DNA from: a virus
Lineage: Duplodnaviria > Heunggongvirae > Uroviricota > Caudoviricetes
IMG/VR virus record: IMGVR_UViG_3300028534_000514
Coordinates: 1-64,000 of that record
Length of the DNA: 64,000 nucleotides
Reading direction: 5' to 3' (one strand)
The position numbers and the translations under genes are program-made. The notes beneath the pieces are model-generated. The model worked only from the letters and a program-made list of their open reading frames with translations, had not been told where the DNA came from and searched no databases. Numbering within the stretch: the first letter of the stretch is position 1; each line of letters begins with the position of its first letter. Of this stretch, positions 63,714 to 64,000 are shown one piece after another.

Positions 63714-64000
63714 TGATTGAAAAAAAATTAACAGAAGTAAAAACGGGACATTTTAAAAATGTTCCTGTTTTTAAAGAAGACCAACCTGAGGGTTCAAAAG
63801 CAATTCGTGCCGAAGATTTAAATGGTTTAACTGTAACTATAGATAATGGTAAAGTTTTTGATGCTGATGAAATGTCTCAAAATAGAATTTCCAGAACTAT
63901 TCAAGCATTGGAATTTGCCGGATTGACCTCTACGATTTGGAGATTGGCTGATAATACTGATAGTGAAGTTACTTTAGATGAATTCAAAGAAGCACTTTTA
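63713..64000 (+). CDS. hypothetical protein, 5' part only (runs off window)
   Basis: TAATG overlap with the previous gene. Translation MIEKKLTEVKTGHFKNVPVFKEDQPEGSKAIRAEDLNGLTVTIDNGKVFDADEMSQNRISRT... Possibly a fibre-associated/assembly protein. Confidence 0.35.
   Translation, partial: MIEKKLTEVKTGHFKNVPVFKEDQPEGSKAIRAEDLNGLTVTIDNGKVFDADEMSQNRISRTIQALEFAGLTSTIWRLADNTDSEVTLDEFKEALL

Noticed and set aside
2150-64000. Searched for integrase, excisionase or att repeats to support a prophage
   Set aside because: No tyrosine or serine recombinase-like ORF and no flanking repeat at the GC transition. The integrated-prophage interpretation therefore remains unsupported within this window.

Overview
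The window is AT-rich (~30% GC), gene-dense DNA that reads as part of a large (jumbo-type) lytic phage genome. Only the left ~2 kb differs: a 3'-truncated shikimate dehydrogenase gene (aroE-like, ~47% GC) and an SPFH/band-7 gene abut the phage-like DNA, so this may be a junction, a host-derived gene or a chimeric assembly.

Left to right the phage part holds:
- A leftward block of about 20 small early-type genes with no recognisable products, three of them sharing an identical 5' leader.
- A GIY-YIG homing endonuclease next to tRNA-Leu(UAA) and a tRNA 5' fragment, all flanked by 29-bp perfect direct repeats, followed by tRNA-Ser(GCU), tRNA-Met(CAU) and tRNA-Asn(GUU).
- A leftward replication/transcription module:
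  - a polytopic membrane protein;
  - a DHH-DHHA1 phosphoesterase (RecJ/NrnA-like);
  - a Cys4 zinc-ribbon protein;
  - an endonuclease VII-type HNH protein;
  - a highly diverged multisubunit RNA polymerase encoded as separate pieces (beta-N, beta-C, beta'-N, beta'-middle), with a T5orf172/GIY-YIG-like homing endonuclease gene translationally coupled (TAATG) between the two beta halves;
  - a three-domain primase-helicase (AEP-like region, DnaG-type CHC2 zinc finger, SF3/D5 helicase).
- A rightward late region:
  - virion-like proteins, including a family of glycine-zipper proteins;
  - class I ribonucleotide reductase nrdA/nrdB;
  - a large cluster of paralogous tail-fibre genes sharing conserved N-terminal domains, one with YadA/Hep_Hag-like repeats;
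  - inside the fibre cluster, a possible sulfotransferase-fold gene next to an APS-kinase-like kinase fused to an HxGH nucleotidyltransferase, plus a ConA/LamG-like lectin gene.

Non-coding structure is prominent:
- a conserved late-promoter-like motif TTCAACAAAGAT about 30 nt upstream of many start codons (similar, as far as I recall, to the AACA-type late promoters of Bacillus phage AR9);
- a recurrent architecture of GC hairpin + TTTTCCTGTGC between genes;
- a dispersed ~35-45 bp element built on the perfect palindrome GAGCAATTGCTC, present at least 10 times, including four in-frame copies inside unrelated coding sequences;
- a duplicated 45-nt element containing TATAAATA.

The beta'-like fragments appear to lack a canonical NADFDGD catalytic motif. 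That needs checking.
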